From a bacterium (GTDB lineage Bacteria; UBP15; UBA6099; JAJRTR01), in contig JAJRTR010000135.1 in NCBI GenBank assembly GCA_024278215.1, positions 11,651 to 75,650 on the forward strand: a stretch of DNA of 64,000 nt, written 5' to 3'. Below the pieces are notes generated by a model. The model saw only the letters and a list, made by a program, of their open reading frames with translations. It was not told the origin of the DNA and searched no databases. A program made the translations under genes and the position numbers. The number at the start of each line of letters is the position of its first letter. Position 1 is the stretch's first letter. This document shows, piece by piece, positions 8,525 to 16,420 of the stretch.

Positions 8525-11500
8525 TTGAGACGCCCGGCACCTGTCCAACTCGCAATAATCTTTCTGCTTATGCTGTGCATCGCAGTTGTCGGCGCGCGTT
8601 GCGTAAGTTTATTGTGGCCGGGCGCATACGACATTAGCCGCAGCCGGTCGCACATGGTCGATCCGGGCACTATAGAATATTTGAAGTCACTCGATGAGCC
8701 CGTTTTTGTCACTTATGCTGTTTCCGCGCGTTGCGAGATGCCTTCACAGCTCAAGCGTGTCGAAAGAGGTGTCGTCGCAATATTGAAATCACTGCGGGAC
8801 GCCGCGCCCGACAAATTCGACTATATCGTTGTCGATCCTTCCGGCAATAAAAACATGGTCGGTATCGTGGCGTCGAAAAAAATATCTCCTTTCCATTCCG
8901 AGAGCATTCTGGACGACAAGAAAACAGAAAAAGTTGTCTGGTCCTCGATAGTCGTTTCGATGGGAGCCCGTCGCGACGTCGTTCTGCATCGCATAACGGA
9001 AGCATACCTGCCGCATCTCGAGTCGCTGATTGTCGGGCATCTCAAAAACATGAAAACGCCGATAAAGCCCGTGATAGGTGTGGTCACGCCCGAGTCGGGT
9101 TTTGCCTCGCTGCGCGCTGTTCTGGAAAACTCGGGCCGTGTCGAAAACATATCAATCAACAGTGAATCCGGTATACCGGCGGACATCGACATGCTCTACT
9201 GGATGGACCCCGCCGATGTGCGCGACAGGACGATTATGGAACTGAGGCGTTTCGTCGAATCGGGCCGGAATGTCGTTCTCGCGGGTTCCCTCTATAAAAT
9301 CTCCATGATGCGCGGCAGGGACGGCGGCCTGCTGTACAATGTTTCTCTCGAAGACCCTTCAATAAATAAGATTATCAAAAAGTTCGGTCTGGAAATGAAA
9401 AAGAGTATCGTGCTGGACGAAAGAAGTGAAACGATAAATGTTCCCGGTGAAAAAGGCGGTTCGAGGCAGGTGAGCATTCCGTTTGCCATCCGCACGACGC
9501 CTGTCACACACAACCTGAAAAGTTTTGCGGGACCTAACACCGGTGCTCTCGGATTCTATGCTTCGGTTCCGATAAATATGAACGAGAGCAGGCTTCGCGC
9601 ATTCGGATATGAAGCGCAGACAGTCGTGACATCCTCGGAAAACGTATGGACCGTGCCGCTCGACGAAGCGCGTTTTTCGGAGGAACAGTTCGCGCCCACC
9701 ATTATGAAAACCAAGCAGCCGCTCGCCGTCATGCTGAGCAAGCCCGGAGACCCGTTCCACGGCAAACTGCTGGTTCTTTCGTCGTCGTCGATGTTCACGG
9801 ATCAGGGACTTGCCAAACAGGGGTTCGGCCACAGGGCGTTTCTGAGGCTGCTGGGCAGGACATTCCTGTCGGCGCAGGAACTTGTGAAGATGAGAGTCGA
9901 GCGGCGGCTGCCCGATCTGCTGCCCGATATGACGCCTGCCGGAATTATATACTGGCGTGTTTTCGCAATGGTGTTTATCCCGGCGTTTGTGCTGTTGGTC
10001 ATGCTGATAAGGACCGGTCTGCCGCGTGTAAGTTTCGGGCCGTGGCTGAGGATCGCGACCGAAGCGGGCGCTGTCGCGATAATCGCGCTCGTCGTTGCCC
10101 GGCTCATTTCGGGAGCGCTCGGCGCGGCGCGTGTGGATATGACTGCGAACAGGGTCAACAGCATGGCGGAATTCACACGCGAAACGGTCGGGGACCTTGC
10201 CGTGGAAACTACTGCCACGCTCTACACAACACGGCGCGCACTCATGCCGGTCGGGTTGAAAAAGGCGCAGGAGGAGACGATAGTCCTCGCACGCACGCTG
10301 TGCCGGATGAGCGGCGGCAAACTTAAATTCACAATCGTCTATCCCGACGATCTGGAGAAACTCGACCGGGATATCCTTATCAAAAAAGGCATCAAGCCGA
10401 CCGGCATGGAAGTGACGGAATATGACCGCGCCGTAACAAGGAATATATGGAACGATCTCGTGTTCGAAAGCGGCGGGCGCATGTACAGGTTGCCGTTTAT
10501 AAGGGAAAACAGCGCGTCGCAGATCGAATTTATGATCGACACAACTTTAAAAGCCATCGAGCGCGGGAAAGAATTTCACGTGGCCGTGGCGTCGGATCTT
10601 CCGCGCCTGTCGCCCGCCGAGGCGTTCGAGGATTATTATAAAAAACAGCTCACCGCGCCTGTCGGCTCGGACGTTTACAGTGAAGCAAAAGATATGTTGC
10701 GCGCGAACAATTACAGGGTGACGGACGTGAATCCGCGCAAACCGGAAGTACCGCCGGATACGGATGTGCTGATATGGTTGCAACCGCGCCGGCCGGTCGA
10801 GAAGATGGCCGTCGAACTGCTGAACTATCTCGACGGCGGCGGCATGGCGATGATCGCCGCGCAGCATTATAACATCCAGCAGCGACAGTACCGCGGGCGC
10901 GGGTTCCGGACTGTTTACTGGCCGCAGCCGCAGTACATCGACATGAACGACTGGCTCGACCTGATCGGAATAACGATTGAAAAAGAAGTGTTTATGGACG
11001 AAGTGCAGACGCAACTCGAACTCGAGATGCAGATAAACAGGCTCGCTGTGCGCGAATACGAAGACCAGGCTGTCGCGAAACCGTTTCTGATCCGCGCGAT
11101 CAATCCCAACTTCTCGCACGAGTCGCCCATTACCGCGAATCTCGGCGACCTGCTTTTTATCTGGGGCAACAGGTTTACTGTCGACAGGCAGAAACTCGAG
11201 GCGGCGGGGCTTCGCTACAACCCGCTGGTTTCCTCCAGTCCGCATTCGTGGAAATATGACTGGAAAGGTGGTTTTCTCGGCGAAGATGTGTTTAATAAGC
11301 GCGACTACCTCGAGGGCGGGCAATTGCTGAGCCTGCTCGTGAGCGGCGACTTCCCGCATGTGCGTCTCTACAAACCTGAACCGATAACAAACGAAGACGG
11401 CGAGCAGGTAATGCCCTATGCAGGCGCATCGGGCGCGGGGCTGATACAGGTCGACAAAAGAGGTGGCGGCAGCACTTCGCGCGGCGAACTGATTCTCACG

Positions 11501-11779
11501 GGCAGTTCCCAGATGTTCACAAACGCGCACCTGCGCCAGGAGGGGTTCGACCACGCGCAGTTCCTCCTCAACTCCATCGCATACCTCGCGCTCGGCCCCG
11601 GCGCGGCCCGGTTGCAGGCGAAGAACCTCACCCCCGAAGGATTCGAACAGCCGGACGAACGCATTATGCTTCTCATGAGAATCCTGACAATGGGATTTCT
11701 CCCGTTTGTGTTTTTGATTTACGGCGCGGCGCGCTTTACGCTGGAAAGGCGGAAGAAAAACCTGGCTTTCAGGGATTAG
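8525..11779 (+). CDS. GldG-like ABC-transporter accessory protein, apparently tandem-duplicated (1084 aa)
   Basis: An N-terminal transmembrane anchor, an internal transmembrane segment near aa 480 (IIYWRVFAMVFIPAFVLLVML) and a C-terminal transmembrane segment. This matches two GldG-type modules in series (GldG is about 550 aa). It sits directly after the ABC-2 ATPase and permease, as in gldAFG loci. Confidence 0.55.
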   Translation: MRRPAPVQLAIIFLLMLCIAVVGARCVSLLWPGAYDISRSRSHMVDPGTIEYLKSLDEPVFVTYAVSARCEMPSQLKRVERGVVAILKSLRDAAPDKFDYIVVDPSGNKNMVGIVASKKISPFHSESILDDKKTEKVVWSSIVVSMGARRDVVLHRITEAYLPHLESLIVGHLKNMKTPIKPVIGVVTPESGFASLRAVLENSGRVENISINSESGIPADIDMLYWMDPADVRDRTIMELRRFVESGRNVVLAGSLYKISMMRGRDGGLLYNVSLEDPSINKIIKKFGLEMKKSIVLDERSETINVPGEKGGSRQVSIPFAIRTTPVTHNLKSFAGPNTGALGFYASVPINMNESRLRAFGYEAQTVVTSSENVWTVPLDEARFSEEQFAPTIMKTKQPLAVMLSKPGDPFHGKLLVLSSSSMFTDQGLAKQGFGHRAFLRLLGRTFLSAQELVKMRVERRLPDLLPDMTPAGIIYWRVFAMVFIPAFVLLVMLIRTGLPRVSFGPWLRIATEAGAVAIIALVVARLISGALGAARVDMTANRVNSMAEFTRETVGDLAVETTATLYTTRRALMPVGLKKAQEETIVLARTLCRMSGGKLKFTIVYPDDLEKLDRDILIKKGIKPTGMEVTEYDRAVTRNIWNDLVFESGGRMYRLPFIRENSASQIEFMIDTTLKAIERGKEFHVAVASDLPRLSPAEAFEDYYKKQLTAPVGSDVYSEAKDMLRANNYRVTDVNPRKPEVPPDTDVLIWLQPRRPVEKMAVELLNYLDGGGMAMIAAQHYNIQQRQYRGRGFRTVYWPQPQYIDMNDWLDLIGITIEKEVFMDEVQTQLELEMQINRLAVREYEDQAVAKPFLIRAINPNFSHESPITANLGDLLFIWGNRFTVDRQKLEAAGLRYNPLVSSSPHSWKYDWKGGFLGEDVFNKRDYLEGGQLLSLLVSGDFPHVRLYKPEPITNEDGEQVMPYAGASGAGLIQVDKRGGGSTSRGELILTGSSQMFTNAHLRQEGFDHAQFLLNSIAYLALGPGAARLQAKNLTPEGFEQPDERIMLLMRILTMGFLPFVFLIYGAARFTLERRKKNLAFRD

Positions 11780-11783
11780 ACGA

Positions 11784-12974
11784 ATGACAAGGTCAATCGT
11801 AATATTCGCGCTGATACTCGCGCTGCTGCTGGCGGCGAATAATCTGCTTGTGAAAAAAGACGCCGAAATCAACAGGCGCTACACGAACCTCTACTCACTT
11901 GTGGACAGGGATAAAGTGTCGAAGGATGAAGTGAGGGCGTTGGGTATCGTATTTCCGGGCAGTAAGCTGGAACTACGCTACATGAAAGTGGACGACGCAT
12001 GGCGGATGCCGCAGTACAGGGGGGCTTACGCGCGCGGCGACCTCGTGGATTCCATTGTCAGGGACATCACCGATACCTGGGGCATAAAGATAGACACGCG
12101 AGACAGACCGGCTTCCGACTTCGGTTTTTCATCGGAAAGCATAATGATAAAAATATATGCCACCGCCACAGAGCCGATAGGCGGTATTGTGTGCGGCAGA
12201 GTGGTGCCGGGCTTCCAGAGCACGGACTCCTATGTGAAGATTATCGGCGAGAACGCCATATACCAGATAAACGGCAATCCGCTGGGCAAGCTTGGTTCTC
12301 CGGGCGGGCTACCCCCGCTTGTGGACTCGCAGATCATCCCCGATTCCCTGGGTGCGAAAGGTGAACTGGGAAAAATATTTTTCGAGCCGCACTCTGATAG
12401 TAGTGAAATGCTGTGGATCGAACGGCGCGAAAAACCCGAGTCCGAGATGAAAGAAAGCCCCATGCGCCGCATGATGCCCGATTACAAGGAATACGATTGG
12501 TTCGCGATTCTACCGGACGGCACGGATGTGAAGCTGAACGAACGCAGTGCCGTCGAATATACCGGTTTTGTCAGGCGGCTGTCGTTCGACAGGCTGCCGC
12601 GGATCAGCGAACTCGACGAACACGCCCTGCGGCCTTCGGAAAAAAAGCTTGTCCTGGAATTCGAGCCGCGCGAAAAACCCAAACCCCCACCCGTGAAAGG
12701 TGTGGACCCGACCGGCACCGCCTCACAGGTTGAAAAAGACGTGTCCTCGATGCCGTTTAAGGAATCCATTGAAATAAGAGAATCCGACAGGAACGCGAAC
12801 AGTTATATCTATTACACGGGTACAAACCTTATAGCATCAGTCGATCAGAAAAAGATCAAATTGTTTTTTCCATCTCTGCATACGCTCGAGAGCGCACCGA
12901 AGAAACCTTCGATATACAGTAGTGTGCCGCCCGCGCCGCCCGGCGGCGCACCCGCGCTTTTCTCGCCCCGGTGA
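11784..12974 (+). CDS. hypothetical membrane-anchored protein (DUF4340-like, GldG-associated)
   Basis: N-terminal transmembrane segment (IVIFALILALLLAA). It occupies the position after GldG that a DUF4340 protein usually fills. The call is from context and composition. Confidence 0.4.
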   Translation: MTRSIVIFALILALLLAANNLLVKKDAEINRRYTNLYSLVDRDKVSKDEVRALGIVFPGSKLELRYMKVDDAWRMPQYRGAYARGDLVDSIVRDITDTWGIKIDTRDRPASDFGFSSESIMIKIYATATEPIGGIVCGRVVPGFQSTDSYVKIIGENAIYQINGNPLGKLGSPGGLPPLVDSQIIPDSLGAKGELGKIFFEPHSDSSEMLWIERREKPESEMKESPMRRMMPDYKEYDWFAILPDGTDVKLNERSAVEYTGFVRRLSFDRLPRISELDEHALRPSEKKLVLEFEPREKPKPPPVKGVDPTGTASQVEKDVSSMPFKESIEIRESDRNANSYIYYTGTNLIASVDQKKIKLFFPSLHTLESAPKKPSIYSSVPPAPPGGAPALFSPR

Positions 12975-13096
12975 TGTTTCCATCGCCTGCGGCGACACAG
13001 CGTTTTATTCAGAACCCGTTTCCATGTTGCACATATACGAAAGCATCCCGAATTGCACCGATATGTAACTTCACATAGAATATCAAAAACATATTA

Positions 13097-13290
13097 TCCC
13101 GCATATTTCACAAATGCGGGTGAAAAACCGGAAGAATGCCCATAATACAAGGCGCGGCAAGTGAGGGTGAGGAAGCATCCTGCAGGTATGTGACCGATCC
13201 CGAATCGCCGCCGCAACGTAGTAGAATGGGGGGTCTCACGGTTTTCCGGATCTCTTTGTGAGAAATCCGGGTTATCCTGGTTGAAGGAGA
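13097..13290 (+). repeat. family-2 repeat / candidate structured-RNA element, copy 1 (~190 bp, hairpin-bounded)
   Basis: Starts with the palindrome CCCGCATATTTCACAAATGCGGG and ends with the palindrome CCGGATCTCTTTGTGAGAAATCCGGG. Its core is shared with the copies at 28211-28400 and 59221-59415. It ends 8 bp before the hydrolase gene ATG. Confidence 0.6.
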
Positions 13291-13297
13291 AACCCGC

Positions 13298-14230
13298 ATG
13301 TTGAGCGCAATAAAAAAGGCTGTCCTCTTTTTCTTTATTGTCGTCGTTTCCTTAATCCTGTTTATTTTAATCTTTCCCCTGGTATACAAACCCGACATGA
13401 TTGATCCCGCCCAACTGGATATCACGGGGAAATTCCTGCAACTGGACGACGGGATAAAAGTTCACTATATGGAACAGGGCAAGGGCGATGTGCTGCTGCT
13501 GATTCACGGCTATACGTCCAATCTCTATTCGTGGAACGAGGTGATGCCGGAGCTTTCGAAAAAATATCGCGTAATAGCGGTCGACCTGCTGGGATACGGT
13601 TTCACGGACAAGCCGAAGGATGCGACATACAACTACCGTTCTTTTTCGGATGTCATCAAGAAATTTCTCGACAAAAAAGGGATAAGAAAACTTTCGATTG
13701 CCGGCAATTCGATGGGTGGCGGCACGGCCATACGTTTCGCGCTCGATCACCCGGCGATGGTGAATAAACTAATACTTGTGGACAGCTCGGGAGTGAAGTT
13801 CGCGCATGACCCGATGCTGCTCATCATGTTCGGAACCCCCGGACTGAACAATTTTATTTTCAGTATCATCAACAAGAGCATCATGAAAAAATCACTGGAG
13901 TTCTGCTGCTACTACAACAACGATGCCGTGACCGACGAACGGGCATACCTGTATACATTTTCTTTCCGAACGAAGGGGTCGTTCAATTCCGTGACAAAAA
14001 CCGTGATGCAGAACGACTTCGACGGGCTGGAGGATAAACTGGGAACCCTGAAAGCGCCGACGCTTATAATATGGGGCGAAAAAGATATGCTGATACCCGC
14101 CACGACAGCGGGCAAGTTCCATCGGCTGATACCGAATTCGAAGCTTACGATTATCGAAAAATGCGGACACATGCCCCAGGAGGAAAAACCGGCGGTGACG
14201 ATAGCGGCGATTGAAGGTTTTCTTAAATAA
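13298..14230 (+). CDS. alpha/beta-fold hydrolase
   Basis: HGYTS...GNSMGG nucleophile elbow (GxSxG), plus N-terminal transmembrane or signal segment. 310 aa. A possible terminator hairpin CGGAGCG...CGCTCCG lies at 14240-14262. Confidence 0.75.
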   Translation: MLSAIKKAVLFFFIVVVSLILFILIFPLVYKPDMIDPAQLDITGKFLQLDDGIKVHYMEQGKGDVLLLIHGYTSNLYSWNEVMPELSKKYRVIAVDLLGYGFTDKPKDATYNYRSFSDVIKKFLDKKGIRKLSIAGNSMGGGTAIRFALDHPAMVNKLILVDSSGVKFAHDPMLLIMFGTPGLNNFIFSIINKSIMKKSLEFCCYYNNDAVTDERAYLYTFSFRTKGSFNSVTKTVMQNDFDGLEDKLGTLKAPTLIIWGEKDMLIPATTAGKFHRLIPNSKLTIIEKCGHMPQEEKPAVTIAAIEGFLK

Positions 14231-14334
14231 AAATATTCGGGAGCGATCAGGGGCGCTCCGGGTTGTGCCGAAATTGCATTATTATTGATACACGAGCGAG
14301 GGAACGGATATAATTGACAAATGTAAATCAACAT

Positions 14335-14513
14335 GAGTCGATTGAAAAATTATGTTCGAAAGCGAGGTCGAACGAAATTGGTCAGAAGCAAGGCGGAGGT
14401 GCAAAATCCCCGCAGGCGTACTTGTAGAGTACGTCGAGGACGATTTCGCGCCGACAACGCAGCTGTTGACAATTGCAGCTGACCGTAGCCGAATCAGAAT
14501 TTTGCAATTGGCT
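14335..14513 (+). mobile_element. MITE-like element, family 1, copy C
   Basis: Same terminal inverted repeats, with a slightly diverged left end (GAGTCGATTGAAAAAT). Flanked by the direct repeat AACAT. Confidence 0.65.
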
Positions 14514-14553
14514 CAACATGTATATCCATTTTGTTCGGAGCGAAAAAACGGGA

Positions 14554-15762
14554 ATGAAAGAGAAATTCCGGAAGATAATAAATAAGTTCTCGGACTTCAT
14601 ACTCGAAAAGTATGCCGCGATGCGCAGGTCGGACGTGCCGGTTATTGTCGGCATACTGACGGCGATTATTGTAATGGGCGCGTTGGGGATACTGCTGCTC
14701 GAAAGAGGATCGAATCCCGATATTTCCCGTTTTTACCAGTCGCTGTGGTTCATAATCGTTACACTGACGACAGTCGGCTACGGCGACCGCTCGCCGATAA
14801 CGCCGGGCGGCCAGGCGCTCGACATGATACTCATGATGGTAGGCGTGGCCATTATGGGTGTGGTTACGGGCCGCATCGCTTCGTTTCTTGTGGAACAACA
14901 AATGAAAGCCGGACGAGGATTGGTAGGGATGTCAAAGATGGAAAAACATTTTATTATCTGCGGCTGGAAAAAAGACTTGCCCAAGATTCTCGAAGATGTT
15001 ATGAAGGTCAATGTCGGTCTCAAGGCGGAGAATATCGTGCTGATTAACCGGCAGGACCATTCTGTGATCGACGACCTGAAGACCAACCCGGATTTCGCGA
15101 ACATCAAATTTATCGCAGGCGACCACAGCGATGAAAATGTCCTCCAGCGCGCTAATATAAGAAGAGCGAAAACTATACTGATACTCGCCGACACTTCGGG
15201 CAACGCCACTCCTCTCGAGATAGACTCGCGCACGGTCATGGCCGCGCTCACGGCTGAATCTCTAAACAAAAAACTTTACATCTGCGCGGAACTCCTCAAC
15301 TCGAAATTTGAAAGGCATCTCGAACTGGGCAACGTCGACGAAGTCATTCTCAGCCAGGACTACAGCCGCACGCTCATCGCTAACGCATCCAGCGCGTCCG
15401 GTGTGGGTCACGTGATCAACCAACTTATCAGCGTCGATTCGAACACGCCTCTTATCGTCAAGCAATTCCCTGACAAGTATATCGGTAAAACTTATAAGGA
15501 AATGTCGAGATATTTCTGGGATAAAGAGTTGTCGATCGTGATAGGCGTACTCGAGAACACCGGGAATCTGTTCCAGCGCAAGCAGGACGCGCTCAAAGAA
15601 GCGCAGAAAACACCGGACATTTCAAAACTTGTGGACAACCTCAAGAGCGTCAAAGAGATGAAGGCGAACGATCCGGTATTGAATCCACCTGCCGACTATG
15701 AATTGAAGAAGAATTCCATGGCGGTAATGATCGGGAGGCACGCCCGCTATGAAACAAACTAG
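14554..15762 (+). CDS. MthK-like 2TM potassium channel with RCK/TrkA-N domain
   Basis: Selectivity filter TVGYGD flanked by two transmembrane helices, then HFIICGWKKD...VLINRQD...FIAGDHSDE (Rossmann RCK). The ORF track starts at 14473 inside the MITE, so the ATG at 14554 is preferred. Confidence 0.75.
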   Translation: MKEKFRKIINKFSDFILEKYAAMRRSDVPVIVGILTAIIVMGALGILLLERGSNPDISRFYQSLWFIIVTLTTVGYGDRSPITPGGQALDMILMMVGVAIMGVVTGRIASFLVEQQMKAGRGLVGMSKMEKHFIICGWKKDLPKILEDVMKVNVGLKAENIVLINRQDHSVIDDLKTNPDFANIKFIAGDHSDENVLQRANIRRAKTILILADTSGNATPLEIDSRTVMAALTAESLNKKLYICAELLNSKFERHLELGNVDEVILSQDYSRTLIANASSASGVGHVINQLISVDSNTPLIVKQFPDKYIGKTYKEMSRYFWDKELSIVIGVLENTGNLFQRKQDALKEAQKTPDISKLVDNLKSVKEMKANDPVLNPPADYELKKNSMAVMIGRHARYETN

Positions 15763-16273
15763 AGAACAACTCGATGAGATAATCAAAACGCTGAAAGGTG
15801 TTTCGATCTTTAAGACTTTCGCCGAAAAGCCCGAAGAACTCGAGAAGATCGCGAGCATCCTGAAAATGGTCTCCATGAAATCGGGTGAAACCGTCATCAG
15901 GGAAGGTGACGACGGCGATACGCTTTTCATCATGAAGTCGGGCTCTGTAGACATCCTGAAAAACACGCTCCAGGACGAGCAATACACTGTCGTAAATCTT
16001 TCGAGCAGCGAAAATATGATAATCTTTTTCGGAGAGCTTGCGTTGCTCGACAGCGACAAAAGGTCGGCGACTGTCCGGACGACGAAGGACTGCGATTTTC
16101 TGGTGCTGAAAAGGGACGACTTCATTCAACTCGGCGACCAGCACCCGAACCTGTGCCTGCCCATCACACGCGAAATATCAAAAATGCTCGCTTCCCGCCT
16201 CCGCAAAGCAAACCAGGATATCATCACACTTTTCGAGGCGCTCGTTTCCGAACTTTCCGACGAAGACGCGTGA
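15749..16273 (+). CDS. cyclic nucleotide-binding (cNMP/CAP-effector) domain protein
   Basis: 174 aa. FGELALLDSDKRSATVRTTKDCDFLVLKRDDF is the classic CNB beta-roll/PBC signature. It overlaps the K+ channel gene by 14 bp. Confidence 0.75.
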   Translation: MKQTREQLDEIIKTLKGVSIFKTFAEKPEELEKIASILKMVSMKSGETVIREGDDGDTLFIMKSGSVDILKNTLQDEQYTVVNLSSSENMIIFFGELALLDSDKRSATVRTTKDCDFLVLKRDDFIQLGDQHPNLCLPITREISKMLASRLRKANQDIITLFEALVSELSDEDA

Positions 16274-16420
16274 ATCTCCGACTTTATAGTGTCGTGTCAT
16301 GCTTGTAACTGCGCAAGAGGTGTAGGGCGGGATCACCGTACCCAGCCTGACCATATTTCTCGCGATTTTACGGCTTTCTTTGTAAGAAAAACGGGCTAAT
16401 ATCAATTTCGGAGCGGATCA

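Noticed and set aside
10547-11872. 441 aa minus-strand ORF
   Set aside because: Antisense to the 3' half of the GldG-like gene and the start of the next gene. Arg-rich shadow frame with no motifs.
6788-12974. Interpreting the GldA/F/G-like operon as a gliding-motility system
   Set aside because: Only the ABC-2 exporter module is present. No gldB/D/H/J/K/L/M/N or sprA/T genes are in the window. Treated as a generic ABC-2 exporter with a GldG-type accessory.
13108-13425. Short minus-strand ORFs overlapping family-2 repeat copies (also 28193-28438, 28216-28398, 59231-59434)
   Set aside because: Different frames and lengths at each copy. Explained by the repeat itself, with no coherent protein.
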